Below are positions 1-10,461 of a stretch of DNA of 64,000 nt, piece after piece; position 1 is the first letter of the stretch; each line of letters starts with the position of its first letter. The position numbers and the translations under genes are program-made. The stretch is from Rebecca billardiae RCC1528 (Eukaryota; Protista; Haptophyta). The stretch covers positions 62,001 through 126,000 of the forward strand of contig OZ251244.1 in the NCBI GenBank assembly GCA_965240325.2, in the 5' to 3' direction. The notes below the pieces were generated by a model, which was not told the origin of the DNA, ran no database searches, and saw only the letters and a list, made by a program, of their open reading frames with translations.

Positions 1-304
1 GCTCGAGCGGCCGTCGCTCTCGCTGCACGACGTGAGCGCGGCGGGCGCGGCGCTCGGCGCCGCGCCCGACCCCGCGGCCGCGGCAGGCGCGGACGGCGCG
101 CACGCCGACGGCGCGCACCTCGCGCGGCTCGGCGCGTGCGCGGCGCGCGGCTGGGCGGCGCTCACGCTGCCGCGCGCGCGCTGGCAGGAGGCGGCGCGCG
201 CCGAGCCGGCGGCGGACGCGCTCGCCGCCGAGCTCGTCGCGCTCGTCGAGCAGCACGGCGCCGCGCAGCTGCTCGAGGACGCGCGGCGGCGGCAGCGGCC
301 GTAG
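1..304 (+). CDS. 3' end of a hypothetical protein (partial, starts before the window)
   Basis: Open Ala-rich frame with host-like codon usage ending in TAG at 302-304, followed by intergenic microsatellite-like sequence. Confidence 0.5.
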   Translation, partial: LERPSLSLHDVSAAGAALGAAPDPAAAAGADGAHADGAHLARLGACAARGWAALTLPRARWQEAARAEPAADALAAELVALVEQHGAAQLLEDARRRQRP

Positions 305-452
305 CTGCTAGTGACGATGACGACGCCGATGACGACTGCTTAGAATGATGGCGGCGCGCACGGCAGCGCAGCATTAAGATCAGAAGCCATCATCAGCGTA
401 TGCGCGCATATCGCGTATGCTGATATGCGCGCGATATACTGATGAACGAATA

Positions 453-960
453 CAGGCCATCGCGGGCAATAAGGAGCTGTCACGTTAAGAAACTGGGGCT
501 TGCTATCTGCGGATCTGGCCTAGAAACTGAGGCTAGCGATTGGCTGGTTCGCTATACGCATAGTCACACTAAGAAACCGGGACTACGTCGTCCCGGCTGA
601 CGAGTGGTCCGCCGAGGGGCGAGGCGCAGTCGGCCCGTCGGGGACGCGGCGCGCGGCCCGACTACGAGTACAGGCCAAGTCCCGACTTCTCCTGATGACT
701 GACTCCTGGCCAGTGCACCGCAGCATCCATGCAACATCATGCCAGATTTGCTCCAAAAAGGCCCAAAATTTTCGTCGGCCTCGCCGGCCGGGCCTAAAGA
801 CTCAGCGGGGGGCTCTGCCCCCCTTATGGGCCCCCCGCGCCTGCGCGGCGGGCGGACCTAGCTAAGAAACTGAGACTCCGTAGGCGCTCGGGCTACCGAA
901 CGGCTAAGAAACTGAGGCTAGCCGTGAGATCTCTGACTTCTTATTGCCCGCGATTGCCTG
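453..960. mobile_element. MITE with ~24-bp TIRs and TA target-site duplication (Tc1/mariner-type ends)
   Basis: Left end TA|CAGGCCATCGCGGGCAATAAGGAG; right end CTTCTTATTGCCCGCGATTGCCTG|TA (2 mismatches); internal repeated motif (T)AAGAAACTGAGGCT; no ORF. Confidence 0.8.
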
Positions 961-1252
961 TACTTAAGTTACAACGATAGCGACGACGACGACGCGAATG
1001 CATCAGCATCGAGTCCGCGACGCGTCCCCGGCCGGATATCACTACGTACTGCTACAGCATACGCTCGTCATCATCGTCATATATGCGTAGTCGTCATCAG
1101 CATATATATATATATATCATCATCATTCACGGGCTGTCACGGCCAGTGCGGCCCAGTCGGACTCACACGGTCCGATATACTCGGGCCGGCGGCAACACGC
1201 ACGGACATGTTGAGCCGCGTCCACCAACGGGCGGCAGTGCTCGCCGTCTGCA

Positions 1253-2368
1253 TCAGCCCTGGCTGCTGCTGTCGTCCGCCTCGCAGTGCTCGATGGTGGG
1301 CCAGAGCGCGGGGAGCGCCGCTGTGCACGCCGCGGCCTCGGCGGCCTCGGCGGCCTCGGCGCGGGGCCGCGGCCGCGCCCGAGCTGGCCCGCTCGGCGAG
1401 GCAGTCGAGGCGTCGTCCGCGCCCAGCTTGCGCTTGGGCGCCCGCTTGGGGTAAGCGCGGACCATGCCCGGCAGCATGTGCGTGCCGCACATGCTGGGCG
1501 ACTCGCCTGGTAGCCCGAACGTCCGGTGCTTGCCGCAGCCGGGCTCGGCACACATGCGCTGCTTCACGTTGACCATGCCCGCCAGCTTGTGCTTGCTGCA
1601 CCGGCTCGGCCGCTCTGCCGGCAGGCCGAATGAGGGCGCCCGCGTGCAGCCATCCTCCACGCAGGATGGCTGCTTAGTGCAGGCGGCAGGCTTCCTCCCC
1701 AGATGCCTGTGCGCTGCGCACCAACGGCCCACTTTGGCCGTCCTGACCGCACACGGCGGCTCTTTGCACCCTGGTGCTGCGCAGCGTCGGCTGCTACGGC
1801 TCACCATGCCTGCGAGCTTGTGCGCGCTGCATCGGCTGCACCGCTTCTCGTCCGGCATGCCGTAGCTCGGCCGCGCCCGGCAGCCAGCAGCCTCGCATCT
1901 GGGGCTCTTGACGTTCTCCATGCCCGCCAGCCTGTGCTTGCCGCACCGGCTGGCGTGCGCACCGCCCGGCAGGCCGTAAATTGCCTGCTTGAAGCAGCCA
2001 GCCTCCTCGCACAGGCGGTTCTTGACGTTGACCATGCCCTCCAGCAGGTGCTTCGCGCAGCGGCGGGACGGGCCACCCTCCATGCCGTACGAAGCCGCCG
2101 TCGTGCAGCCCGCTTCCTCGCACAGCGCGTGCGTGACGATCACCATGCCGCCCAGCTTGTGCGTGGAGCAGCGCACAGGCCGCTCGCCCGGCAGCGCATA
2201 GAGCGCCTGCCTGCTGCAGCCGGCCTCCTCACACGTACACGTGGTGCCGCCATATATCATACCTGTCAGCTTGTGCAGGGAGCATCGGCTGCGCCGCGGG
2301 CCGCCCGGCATGCCGAATGACGCGACCACCCCGCAGCCGTCGTGCTTGCATATCACTGGGGGCGACAT
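1253..2368 (-). CDS. EsV-1-7-like cysteine-rich repeat protein
   Basis: About 8 repeats of C-x4-C...YG.PG...RCxxHKLxGMVNVK; intronless; likely start MSPPVICKH at 2368. Confidence 0.8.
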   Translation of the reverse strand: MSPPVICKHDGCGVVASFGMPGGPRRSRCSLHKLTGMIYGGTTCTCEEAGCSRQALYALPGERPVRCSTHKLGGMVIVTHALCEEAGCTTAASYGMEGGPSRRCAKHLLEGMVNVKNRLCEEAGCFKQAIYGLPGGAHASRCGKHRLAGMENVKSPRCEAAGCRARPSYGMPDEKRCSRCSAHKLAGMVSRSSRRCAAPGCKEPPCAVRTAKVGRWCAAHRHLGRKPAACTKQPSCVEDGCTRAPSFGLPAERPSRCSKHKLAGMVNVKQRMCAEPGCGKHRTFGLPGESPSMCGTHMLPGMVRAYPKRAPKRKLGADDASTASPSGPARARPRPRAEAAEAAEAAACTAALPALWPTIEHCEADDSSSQG

Positions 2369-3101
2369 GCTGGGCGCAGCGAACGGGGTGTGGCCGGACC
2401 GAAAGGCGTCCCCGCCGACGCCTCGATGGCTGCCGCACGTGCGTGCCCCGCGTGCCTTGCGTACATGCACGGCACGGGCGTCCCGACCGCGAGGGCGGGG
2501 TGGCGTAGATGGTCTCGTGGAAGGTGTGTCCGTGTGCCGGAGACGCGTCGACACCTTGGTGGCGTGCCCACACCTCTCCTTGTCGCCGCTTGCCTCCGGC
2601 GGGCTCGCCCTCGGCCAGCCGTGTTCGGAATCACGGAGTGCACGCCTGCGTGTGCACGGGTGCACGGTCAGTGTCGGGCGGATCGAGCCGTAGTGAGTGC
2701 GCGTGCGGGTACTCCTACCCGATGCGCCTCTCTGACGCCGTCGTAGTAGCTCTTGTACGTCAACCCTAAGCTGTGCACTCCGGAACCCGCGGGCACCGGT
2801 GAGCCTTGGCACTCTGGTTGACGGTGTCTGAACGGCACTCGGGCTAGTATCGGTGGTGATGATGAGTCTATGACGACGGATACTATACGTCTACTGCTGA
2901 CTACGAAGTGCTACTGATGACTGCGCGTCTGCTCGACCTCGTCCTCGCGGCCCGGCGGCGGCGCCCGGCTGCCCGAAGGCGTGACTCATTCGTCGCCCAC
3001 TATGCCTGAGCCCTGAGGCTGATGATGCTCGGATCTGGCGGGCGGAACGCTTCAATAAAAGGCGCGCATCTCGTCATCGCAGCCGGGCCAGCGCCGACGA
3101 G

Positions 3102-4632
3102 TCAACCGGCGGCGGCGGCGCTGCTGCTGCGGCTAATGCGGGCTCCGTTGCCTACGCCAGCAGCTGCGGTGGTGGCCTCGGCCCCGGCGGCGTCGGCGCC
3201 GCGCGCGTGTGTGTGCGGTGCGGCGCCCGTTGCGTGCCGCTGCTTGGCGAGCGCCTCATCGAGGGCGGCGCGGTACTCGCTGGCTGGCGGCGCGCTCACG
3301 CCCTCGGGTGGCGCGCGGCCGCGGCCGAGCCAGCCGCGCGCGCCCCCCTCCGCCGCGTGCAGCTGCGCGCGCACGAGCCGCGCCGCCCAGCGCCGCTCGG
3401 CCGCGTCGCACGCCGCGCGGATGTCGCGGCCCGACGCGCCCGCGGACGCTGCGGCGAGCGCGGCCCGCTCCTGCGGTGGCAGGTGCGGGGCGTACTGGCC
3501 CCAGATCTCCTCGCGCGTCGCGCCGTCCGGCAGCGGGAACGAGACGCCGAGCGTGAAGCGGCTGAGCAGCGCGGGGTCGAGGTCGGCCGCGCGGTTGGTC
3601 GCCCCCACCACCACCACCACCGCGCCGCTGCCGCCACCGCCACCGCCGCCGCCACCGCCGCCGCCACCGCCACCGCCGCCGCCACCGCCGCCGGGCTGCG
3701 GGGCGGGCGGCGGCGCGGTGTCGAGCCCGTCGAGCTGGCGCAGCAGCACGCTCAGCGTACGGCGCGTCGCCTCGTGCATCGAGCCTGGCAGCGACGCGCG
3801 CCGTGCCGGGCGGGCGGGCGGGCGGCGCAGCAAGTTGCCGCGGCCGTGAGCGGCGAGCGAGCGCGCGCGCACACCGCGCGGCGCGCGCGCGGTGCATGCG
3901 GTGCGTGCTGCGGTGCGTGCGGCTGGTCGCACACGCACACACCCGAGTCTCGGGAGGTGGCGAGCGCGTCGATCTCGTCCAGGAACAGCACGCAGCCCCC
4001 CACGCCGCCGCCGCCGCCCTTCTCCGCTCCCCCCGAGGCCGCGGCCGCGCGCGCCGCGTGCTGCGCGCCGAGTGCACGCGCCGCCTCGAACGCCGCCGCC
4101 AGCCGGCTCTCAGACTCGCCGTACCTGCGGGGCGAGCGGGCGCGTGTGCGCGGGGTCGGGGGCGGGGCGCGCGTGGGCACGCCGCCCGCGCGCGTGCACG
4201 CCGCGCGCCGCCGCTCCGGCCGCACCATCTGGACGCCACCGCCTCCAGCGGCAGGTACACAAACGGAAGCCCGAGCGCGGACGCGAGCAGCCGCGCGGCG
4301 GAGGTCTTGCCCGTGCCGGGGGGGCCCTCGAAGAGCACGCCGCGGGGCACGTGCGCGCCCGCCGCGCCGGCCTCCTCGGACCCCGCCGCCGCCGCCGCCC
4401 CGCCCCCGTGCGGCGCCCTCGCCGCCCTGCCCACCGCCGCATACACGGCGGGGTGTCGCAGGGGCAGCAGCAGACAGTCCTCCACCTGTCCCTTCACACC
4501 CTCGTACCCGGACAGTCCGGCCCAGCACGCGGAGAGCGGGGGCAGCGCGGAGGGCAGCGTGCCGTGCGCGTTGTACACGCGCGCGCCCAGCTCGTGCAGC
4601 GTCGCCACCGCCTCCGCCGTGCTGCTCGGCGG

Positions 4633-4670
<38 letters not shown>

Positions 4671-5853
4671 GCGCCTCGGCGCCGCCCGCGGCCGGCGGCG
4701 GCCTGGGCGATAGAGGCGCCACGCCCACAGAGCCGCCGTCCGGCCTGCCGGGCGGCCAGCCGGGCTCGAGCTCGCCCGGACGCGCGAACAGCCGGCCGAA
4801 CGGCTCCGGCAGCTCGTCGAGCAGCGAGCCGCCGCCAAACACGCCGCCGCCGCCGAACGGCGCCGCGCCCGGGGCGGCGGCGGCGCGCGGCAGCCGCGGC
4901 GCCGCGTCGTCGTGGGCTGCGGCGTATGCGCGCGCGGCGAGGGCGATGCCCGCCTCCTCCGCGAGCGCGCGCGCCGCGTCGTCGGCGGTTGCCGCGCCTT
5001 GCCCACCGAACCACCCGCCCAGCCGCCCGCCACCGCCGCCGCCCTCGCGCGCGCACGGCACAGTCACGGCGAGAGACGGGCGCACGGCGCCGCCGTCCGC
5101 GCGCAGCCCTGCGCTGGCGGTGGCGGTGGTGGTGGTGGTGGTGATGGTGGTGCCGTCGGCGGAGGTGGTGGTGGTGCTGCTGCGCGTGGGCGCGGGCAGC
5201 ACGAGCGTCAGGCGCACGGCCGGCGGCGCCGACCCGCTCGTCCCGCCGCCGCCCTCCGCCGCGCCCGCGCCGGCCGCCACCGAGGGCGTGGCCGGCGTGG
5301 CCGCGGCCGCTGGCGCCGGCTGGAGCGTGCCGAGGAAGGTGAGCGTGCGCGCGCCGCCGACGAAGCGCTCGTCGGGCTCGGCCGCGCCATCATCGGCGGA
5401 CGCCACGCGCCACGCCAGCCGCGCCCCCTGCACGCCCGCCGGCTGCTGCCCCCCGGGCGGCGGCGCGGCCCCAACCGCGCCCGCGCCGCCCGCGCCGCCC
5501 GCGCCCAGCAGCGGCAGCAGCAGCTGCAGCGCGTCGAGGTCCGCGGGCAGCGGGAAGCGCACGCGGACGCACTCGGACTCGCCCGCGTGCACGGACGCGT
5601 ACGTGATCGGCGGGAGCGGCGGCGCGGCCGAGTGGCGGCGCTGCGCGTCCTGCCGCGCGCGCAGCCCGCCCAGCCTGCCCTCCACACCCGCCCGCACGCG
5701 CGCGACGGCGCCCGCGCCGCGCCCGCCGTCATCGGCGTGCGCGGTGGTGCTCGCCGCGACGGCGGTGGCGGCGGCAGCGAGCCCCGCCGAAGCCGCGCGC
5801 GCGCCGGGCGCGGCCCAGCGCGCGAGCCAGCGCGGCGCTGCCCGCGCGGCCAT
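3102..5853 (-). CDS. AAA+ ATPase (3 exons)
   Basis: Walker A GPPGTGKT, Walker B VLFLDEID and SRH VGATNRAADLDPALLSRF lie in successive exons joined by GT-AG introns (~4226-4124, ~3943-3785). Confidence 0.85.
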
Positions 5854-6121
5854 CGAGACCGTCGAGACGCTTCCTGAACTCAGACCTGAAGCGCCGCCGC
5901 CCGCGGCCAGATTCGCGCCCAGCCACCCACTCCGGTCACCGGTGCCGCTCTGCAGCTGGGGCTGGGTCCGGCGCTCTCGCCGTTCCGCACGCAACCTGCG
6001 CCGTCGAATAGCAGGCGCGTCGATACTCGATATAGTCGATAGTGCGGTCACCAGTGTGCCGCCTCATCTGACTGCAGTCGTCTGCAGTGGCGCGGTGGGA
6101 CGTAGCGGCCAAAGGCACGCA

Positions 6122-7591
6122 TCAGCAGACATGAACACGCCACGCCGTCTCGACGCATACGGGCGTGGCGATCCGCTCGGCGGGCGCATCATCTCGCTCG
6201 AGCTCGCTTGACAGTCCGAGGCCGAGCGCAGCCGACTGCTTGCCGCACACGTACACGTTGCCGTCCGCACTCACAAACAGCGAGTGGGCCATGCCCAAGG
6301 CACAGTGCACCACGCGCGTTTGGGCGAGGGCACCCACGCGCCTAGGAATCGCGGAGGTCTTGCGTCGGTGCCCATGCCCCAGCTGGTCGAACCAGTTGTC
6401 CCCGAACGTGTGCACGCTGCCGTCTGCGCCCAGCACCGCGCTGGTGGCTACGCCTGCGCACGCGCGCACGATGCGCACACCAGCGAGTCGGACAATCCGC
6501 TTCGGCGTGAGCTGCTCACGCGTGTCTCCGTACCCGAGCCTACCGAGCTCGCCATACCCAAATGAGTACACCGCCCCCTCGTTGTCCACCACCAGGCTGT
6601 GCAGCAGGCCCGCGCTCACGTGCACGGCGCGCACGGCCGCGAGCGCCTTGATGCGCCTGGGCGTGCGCTGATCACGCTGGGCCCTCTGGTCGCTGTGGCC
6701 GAGACGGCCGCCCTCGCACTCGCCACACGAGTAGACGGCGCCACTATTGGAGAGCAGCAACGTGTGACTTCCAGCCGCGGCGATGCCGCCGACGCGCACG
6801 CCGCCCAGCGCCGCGATGCGCGTCGGCTCCCGCCGCTCCTTCTGGTCGCCGAGGCCGAGCTGGCCGCTGCCGTTGCGGCCCCAGCTGTACGCACAGCCAG
6901 CGGCAGTGAGCGCGAGGCTGTGTTGGTAGCCGGCCCAGATGCCGACGACGGTCTCACGCGCCGGTAGCTTCACAGGCGCGAATGAACGCCGCTCATCCGT
7001 GTCGCCCAGCCCCAGCTGGCCGCACCCGTTGTGGCCGCAGCCGTACACGGCGCCGGCGTCGCTGAGCGCGAGCGTGTGCCACCCACCACCAGCCACCGCG
7101 ACCACGCGGACTGCGCTGAGGGAAGGGACGCGCGTCGGCACATGCACGGCCAGCATGCCCGAGTGACTGAGACACGCGTGCGGTCGATACGCCCACCGTC
7201 TGTGCTCGTCCTCCTCCACGCCGCACACGCGCAGCCCGCCCTCCGCGTCCACAAACGCGCTGTAGCCCATGTCGGCGTTGACGACTGCGGCGTGCGCGCG
7301 GGCAAGAGCGAGTGTGTGCTCGCGTGCGAACAGCTCCTCCACCCACGTGCGCACGCCCGAGGGCAGCGACGCCGGCAGCGTGCGCTCGTGCCCCCGCGCG
7401 CGCGCGCGCTCGCGCAGCGCGCGCTCGACCGCCGAGCACCCGCCGGGCGGCGCGGCGTGGAAGAGGCGCGCGGTGGCGTTCAGGCTGGCGAGGTCGCGTG
7501 GCGGAAGGAGCACGAGTATGCGGTCGACCACTTCGCGTGGCAGGTCGTCGAGCGCGAGACGGCGCGCGTGCGCCTGTGCCGTGCTGGCCAT
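6122..7591 (-). CDS. F-box plus RCC1-repeat protein
   Basis: N-terminal LDDLPREVVDRILVLLPPRDL (F-box); multiple AG.xHSL...G.VYxWGxNxxGQLGLGD repeats; intronless. Confidence 0.88.
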   Translation of the reverse strand: MASTAQAHARRLALDDLPREVVDRILVLLPPRDLASLNATARLFHAAPPGGCSAVERALRERARARGHERTLPASLPSGVRTWVEELFAREHTLALARAHAAVVNADMGYSAFVDAEGGLRVCGVEEDEHRRWAYRPHACLSHSGMLAVHVPTRVPSLSAVRVVAVAGGGWHTLALSDAGAVYGCGHNGCGQLGLGDTDERRSFAPVKLPARETVVGIWAGYQHSLALTAAGCAYSWGRNGSGQLGLGDQKERREPTRIAALGGVRVGGIAAAGSHTLLLSNSGAVYSCGECEGGRLGHSDQRAQRDQRTPRRIKALAAVRAVHVSAGLLHSLVVDNEGAVYSFGYGELGRLGYGDTREQLTPKRIVRLAGVRIVRACAGVATSAVLGADGSVHTFGDNWFDQLGHGHRRKTSAIPRRVGALAQTRVVHCALGMAHSLFVSADGNVYVCGKQSAALGLGLSSELERDDAPAERIATPVCVETAWRVHVC

Positions 7592-7766
7592 CGCCCCCCG
7601 CCACGACGAGGGCGAGCGCCGCCTTCACCTGCCCTCGGATTGTCCGGCGCGGTGGCTGCCTTGGTCCTGATGAGCTGGCCCGCGGCAAAGCATTTTGTAT
7701 GCGCAAAAGCCCTTGCTGGCCATTTTGGCTTCGCAATTAGCCGCCATCGTGCGACCGACGCCCGTG

Positions 7767-9807
7767 ATGACGATGCCGATGGCTCGCGCGTGCGCGCTGG
7801 CCGCGCTGCTGCTCGCCGGCAGCGCGTCGGCGAGCGCTGTGCTCAACAGCCGGCTCCTCGCGCTGCGCGGTGGGCAGAAGGAGAAGGTCGCCATCATCGG
7901 CTCGGGCAACTGGGGCTCCGCCATCGCCAAGATTGTCGGCCGGTGCGCGCGTGCCACCGCGCGTGCGGACTGCCTCGCGCCGCAGCCGCCGCAGCTGCCG
8001 AGCTGCCGCCCGCCGGGCCCAGCGCGGTGGCGAGCGACGCGCCCGCCCGAGCGCTGCGCCGCACGGCCTCCCGCCCGCCCCGCTCGCGCGCCGCTGACGC
8101 GCGCGCGCGCGCGCACACGGCTGCGTGTCGGGCCCGTGTGCTGTGCTGGGTGTGCGGGATGCGTGGCGCTGCGCTCGCCTTGTGCTTGCAGCAACGTGCT
8201 CGAGAAGGAAGGGTTCGACGCGGAGGTGCGCATGTGGGTGTTCGAGGAGCAGGTGGACGGCAAGAACCTCACCACCATCATCAACACCGAGCACGAGAAC
8301 GTCAAGTACCTCAAGGCGCGGCAGACCGCGGCGCGCGGCGCGTGCACGCGTGCGCGGTCGCACGCAGCCCAGCCCAGCCCAGCGGCGCCCAGCCCAGCGG
8401 AGCCCAGCCCAGCGGAGGAGTGGAGCGGAGCTAGCGGCTGAGGCCGCCGCGCCGCCGCGGCCGCGCCGCGCGCGCAGGGCGTCAAGTTCACGGAGAACGT
8501 GGTGGCCGACCCGGACCTTGAGTCCGCGGTGAAGGACGCGACGCTGCTCATCTTCGTGCTGCCCCACCAGTTCCTCGGCCGCATCTGCCCCAAGCTGAAG
8601 GGCGCGCACGCGCGCGGCGCGCGCGCGTGCTCGCTGATCAAGGGCATCGAGTTCGACGAGGCGGGCCCCGCGCTGATCTCCGGGATGATCAAGGAGGAGA
8701 TGGGCGGGATGGACGTGAGCGTGCTGATGGGCGCCAACGTCGCCAACGAGGCCGCGCGCGACGAGTTCTGCGAGTCGACCGTCGGCTTTGCCAACGCCGC
8801 CAACGGTCGGGCGCACGCCGCGCCGCGAGCGGGCGCGCCGAGCGCGCGCGCGCGCCACGCTGCGCCTGCGGCATTGCGCGCGCGCGCGCCTCACGCGGGC
8901 GCGGCGGTGCGGCGTGCGTGTGCTTGCGCGCGCGCAGGCGCCGTGTGGCAGCAGCTCTTCGACTGCCCCACCTTCCGCGTCAACTCCATCGGTGCGCACA
9001 GCGCACAGCGCGCACACGCGGCGGGGGCCGCGCGCGGCAGGCGGCGGCGCGGCGCGGGCGGGCGGGCAGCCAGAGAGGAGGGGCGCGGGCGGGCGGCGCG
9101 GCGCCGCGCCGCCACCGCACCCATTCTGCCCGCGCCCACCCCACACCCCGGCCCCCTGCCCCCTGCCTGTGTGCGCCCTGTGTGTGCGCCCTGTGTGCGC
9201 GCCCTGTGCGCAGGGGACGTTGCGGGCGTGGAGCTGTGCGGCGCCCTCAAGAACGTGATCGCGCTGGGGGCGGGCTTCTGTGACGGGCTGGGGCTGGGGG
9301 GCAACACCAAGGCGGCCATCATCCGCATCGGGCTGGGGGAGATGATCGCCTTCACCAAGGCCTTCTACGGGGGCGGCGTGAAGGACCAGGCACGCGCACG
9401 CGCACGCGCGCGGCGCGCGGCGCACGGCGGCGTGGCAGCCGCAGCCGCAGCCGCGCGCGGCTGGCCGCGGCCTCACGCGCCCGCCGCCCGCGCGCGCCGT
9501 GTGCACGCGCCGTGTGCACGCGCAGACCTTCCTCGAGTCGTGCGGCGTGGCCGACCTGATCACCACCTGCTTCGGCGGGCGCAACCGCAAGTGCGCCGAG
9601 GCGTTCGCCAAGGGCGGCGGCAAGGTCCCCTGGGAGAAGATCGAGGCCGAGCTGCTCAACGGGCAGAAGCTGCAGGGCACCATCACCGCGCAGGACGTGG
9701 TCGCGGTGCTGCGCAAGAAGAACATGCTCGACAAGTTCCCGCTCATCGCCAAGATCCACCAGATCGCGTTCGAGGGCGCGCCGCCCTCGGAGATCGTCTC
9801 GTTCTGA
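7767..9807 (+). CDS. GPD1: NAD-dependent glycerol-3-phosphate dehydrogenase with N-terminal signal peptide (6 exons)
   Basis: [73 protein letters not shown]; 5 introns, two with GC donors (~8316, ~9390); start could be 7767, 7773 or 7779. Confidence 0.95.
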
Positions 9808-10461
9808 GGACTGAGGCGGCGGCGCAGCCGATCGAGCGCGTGATGCGCGCGGCGGCAGCCGGCCTCAGCCTCACGCGCGTCGTCAGGGCGTCAGGCGGCG
9901 GGCGGCTCTGCACCGCTGCGGAGTGCGGGGTGCGCATCGCGGGCGGCGCGCGCAGCAGCACGGTGTAGCAGGTGGTCATACGGACGATATGGTGTGAGCC
10001 GGATGCACGTGTTATGCGCGCTATTATTAGATATCTTGCTCAGACTCCATCAGACTGAATATGACGAAGGCTTGACATAGTATGTACCGTGTACAGTATG
10101 TACGAGCTTCGGCCGGAGCCCGTGACGAGCAGTGGCCACTCTGGCCAGTCCGCTTTTTCGGCGGTCGCAGCTGAACCGCCGAAAAAAAGCGCCACTCTTA
10201 TTGTTGGAACCTGACTCTGATGCTTGCAATCAGCTTCATTTCCGCATGCATGTGTCGGCCCCATCAATTTTGAGACCTCCCGTAGTGTACCGGTACTGGA
10301 ACCGAATACACCAGCTTAGAATCTCAACGGCAGTCAACGGGCGACCGCGGCGCCAAAGCTGCGCGGTCATCCCCCGGCGGCTGCTGGTGGCCGGCGGCTG
10401 CGCTGCTGAAAAAGGCGCCAAACGGCAGCCGCGTCCAAACGCCAAAGTTGGGAGCGCGCGC

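Noticed and set aside
7718-7732. GCCATTTTGGCT resembling the dinoflagellate spliced leader
   Set aside because: Only a 12-nt match without the CAAG end; GCCATTTT is a common promoter-type motif
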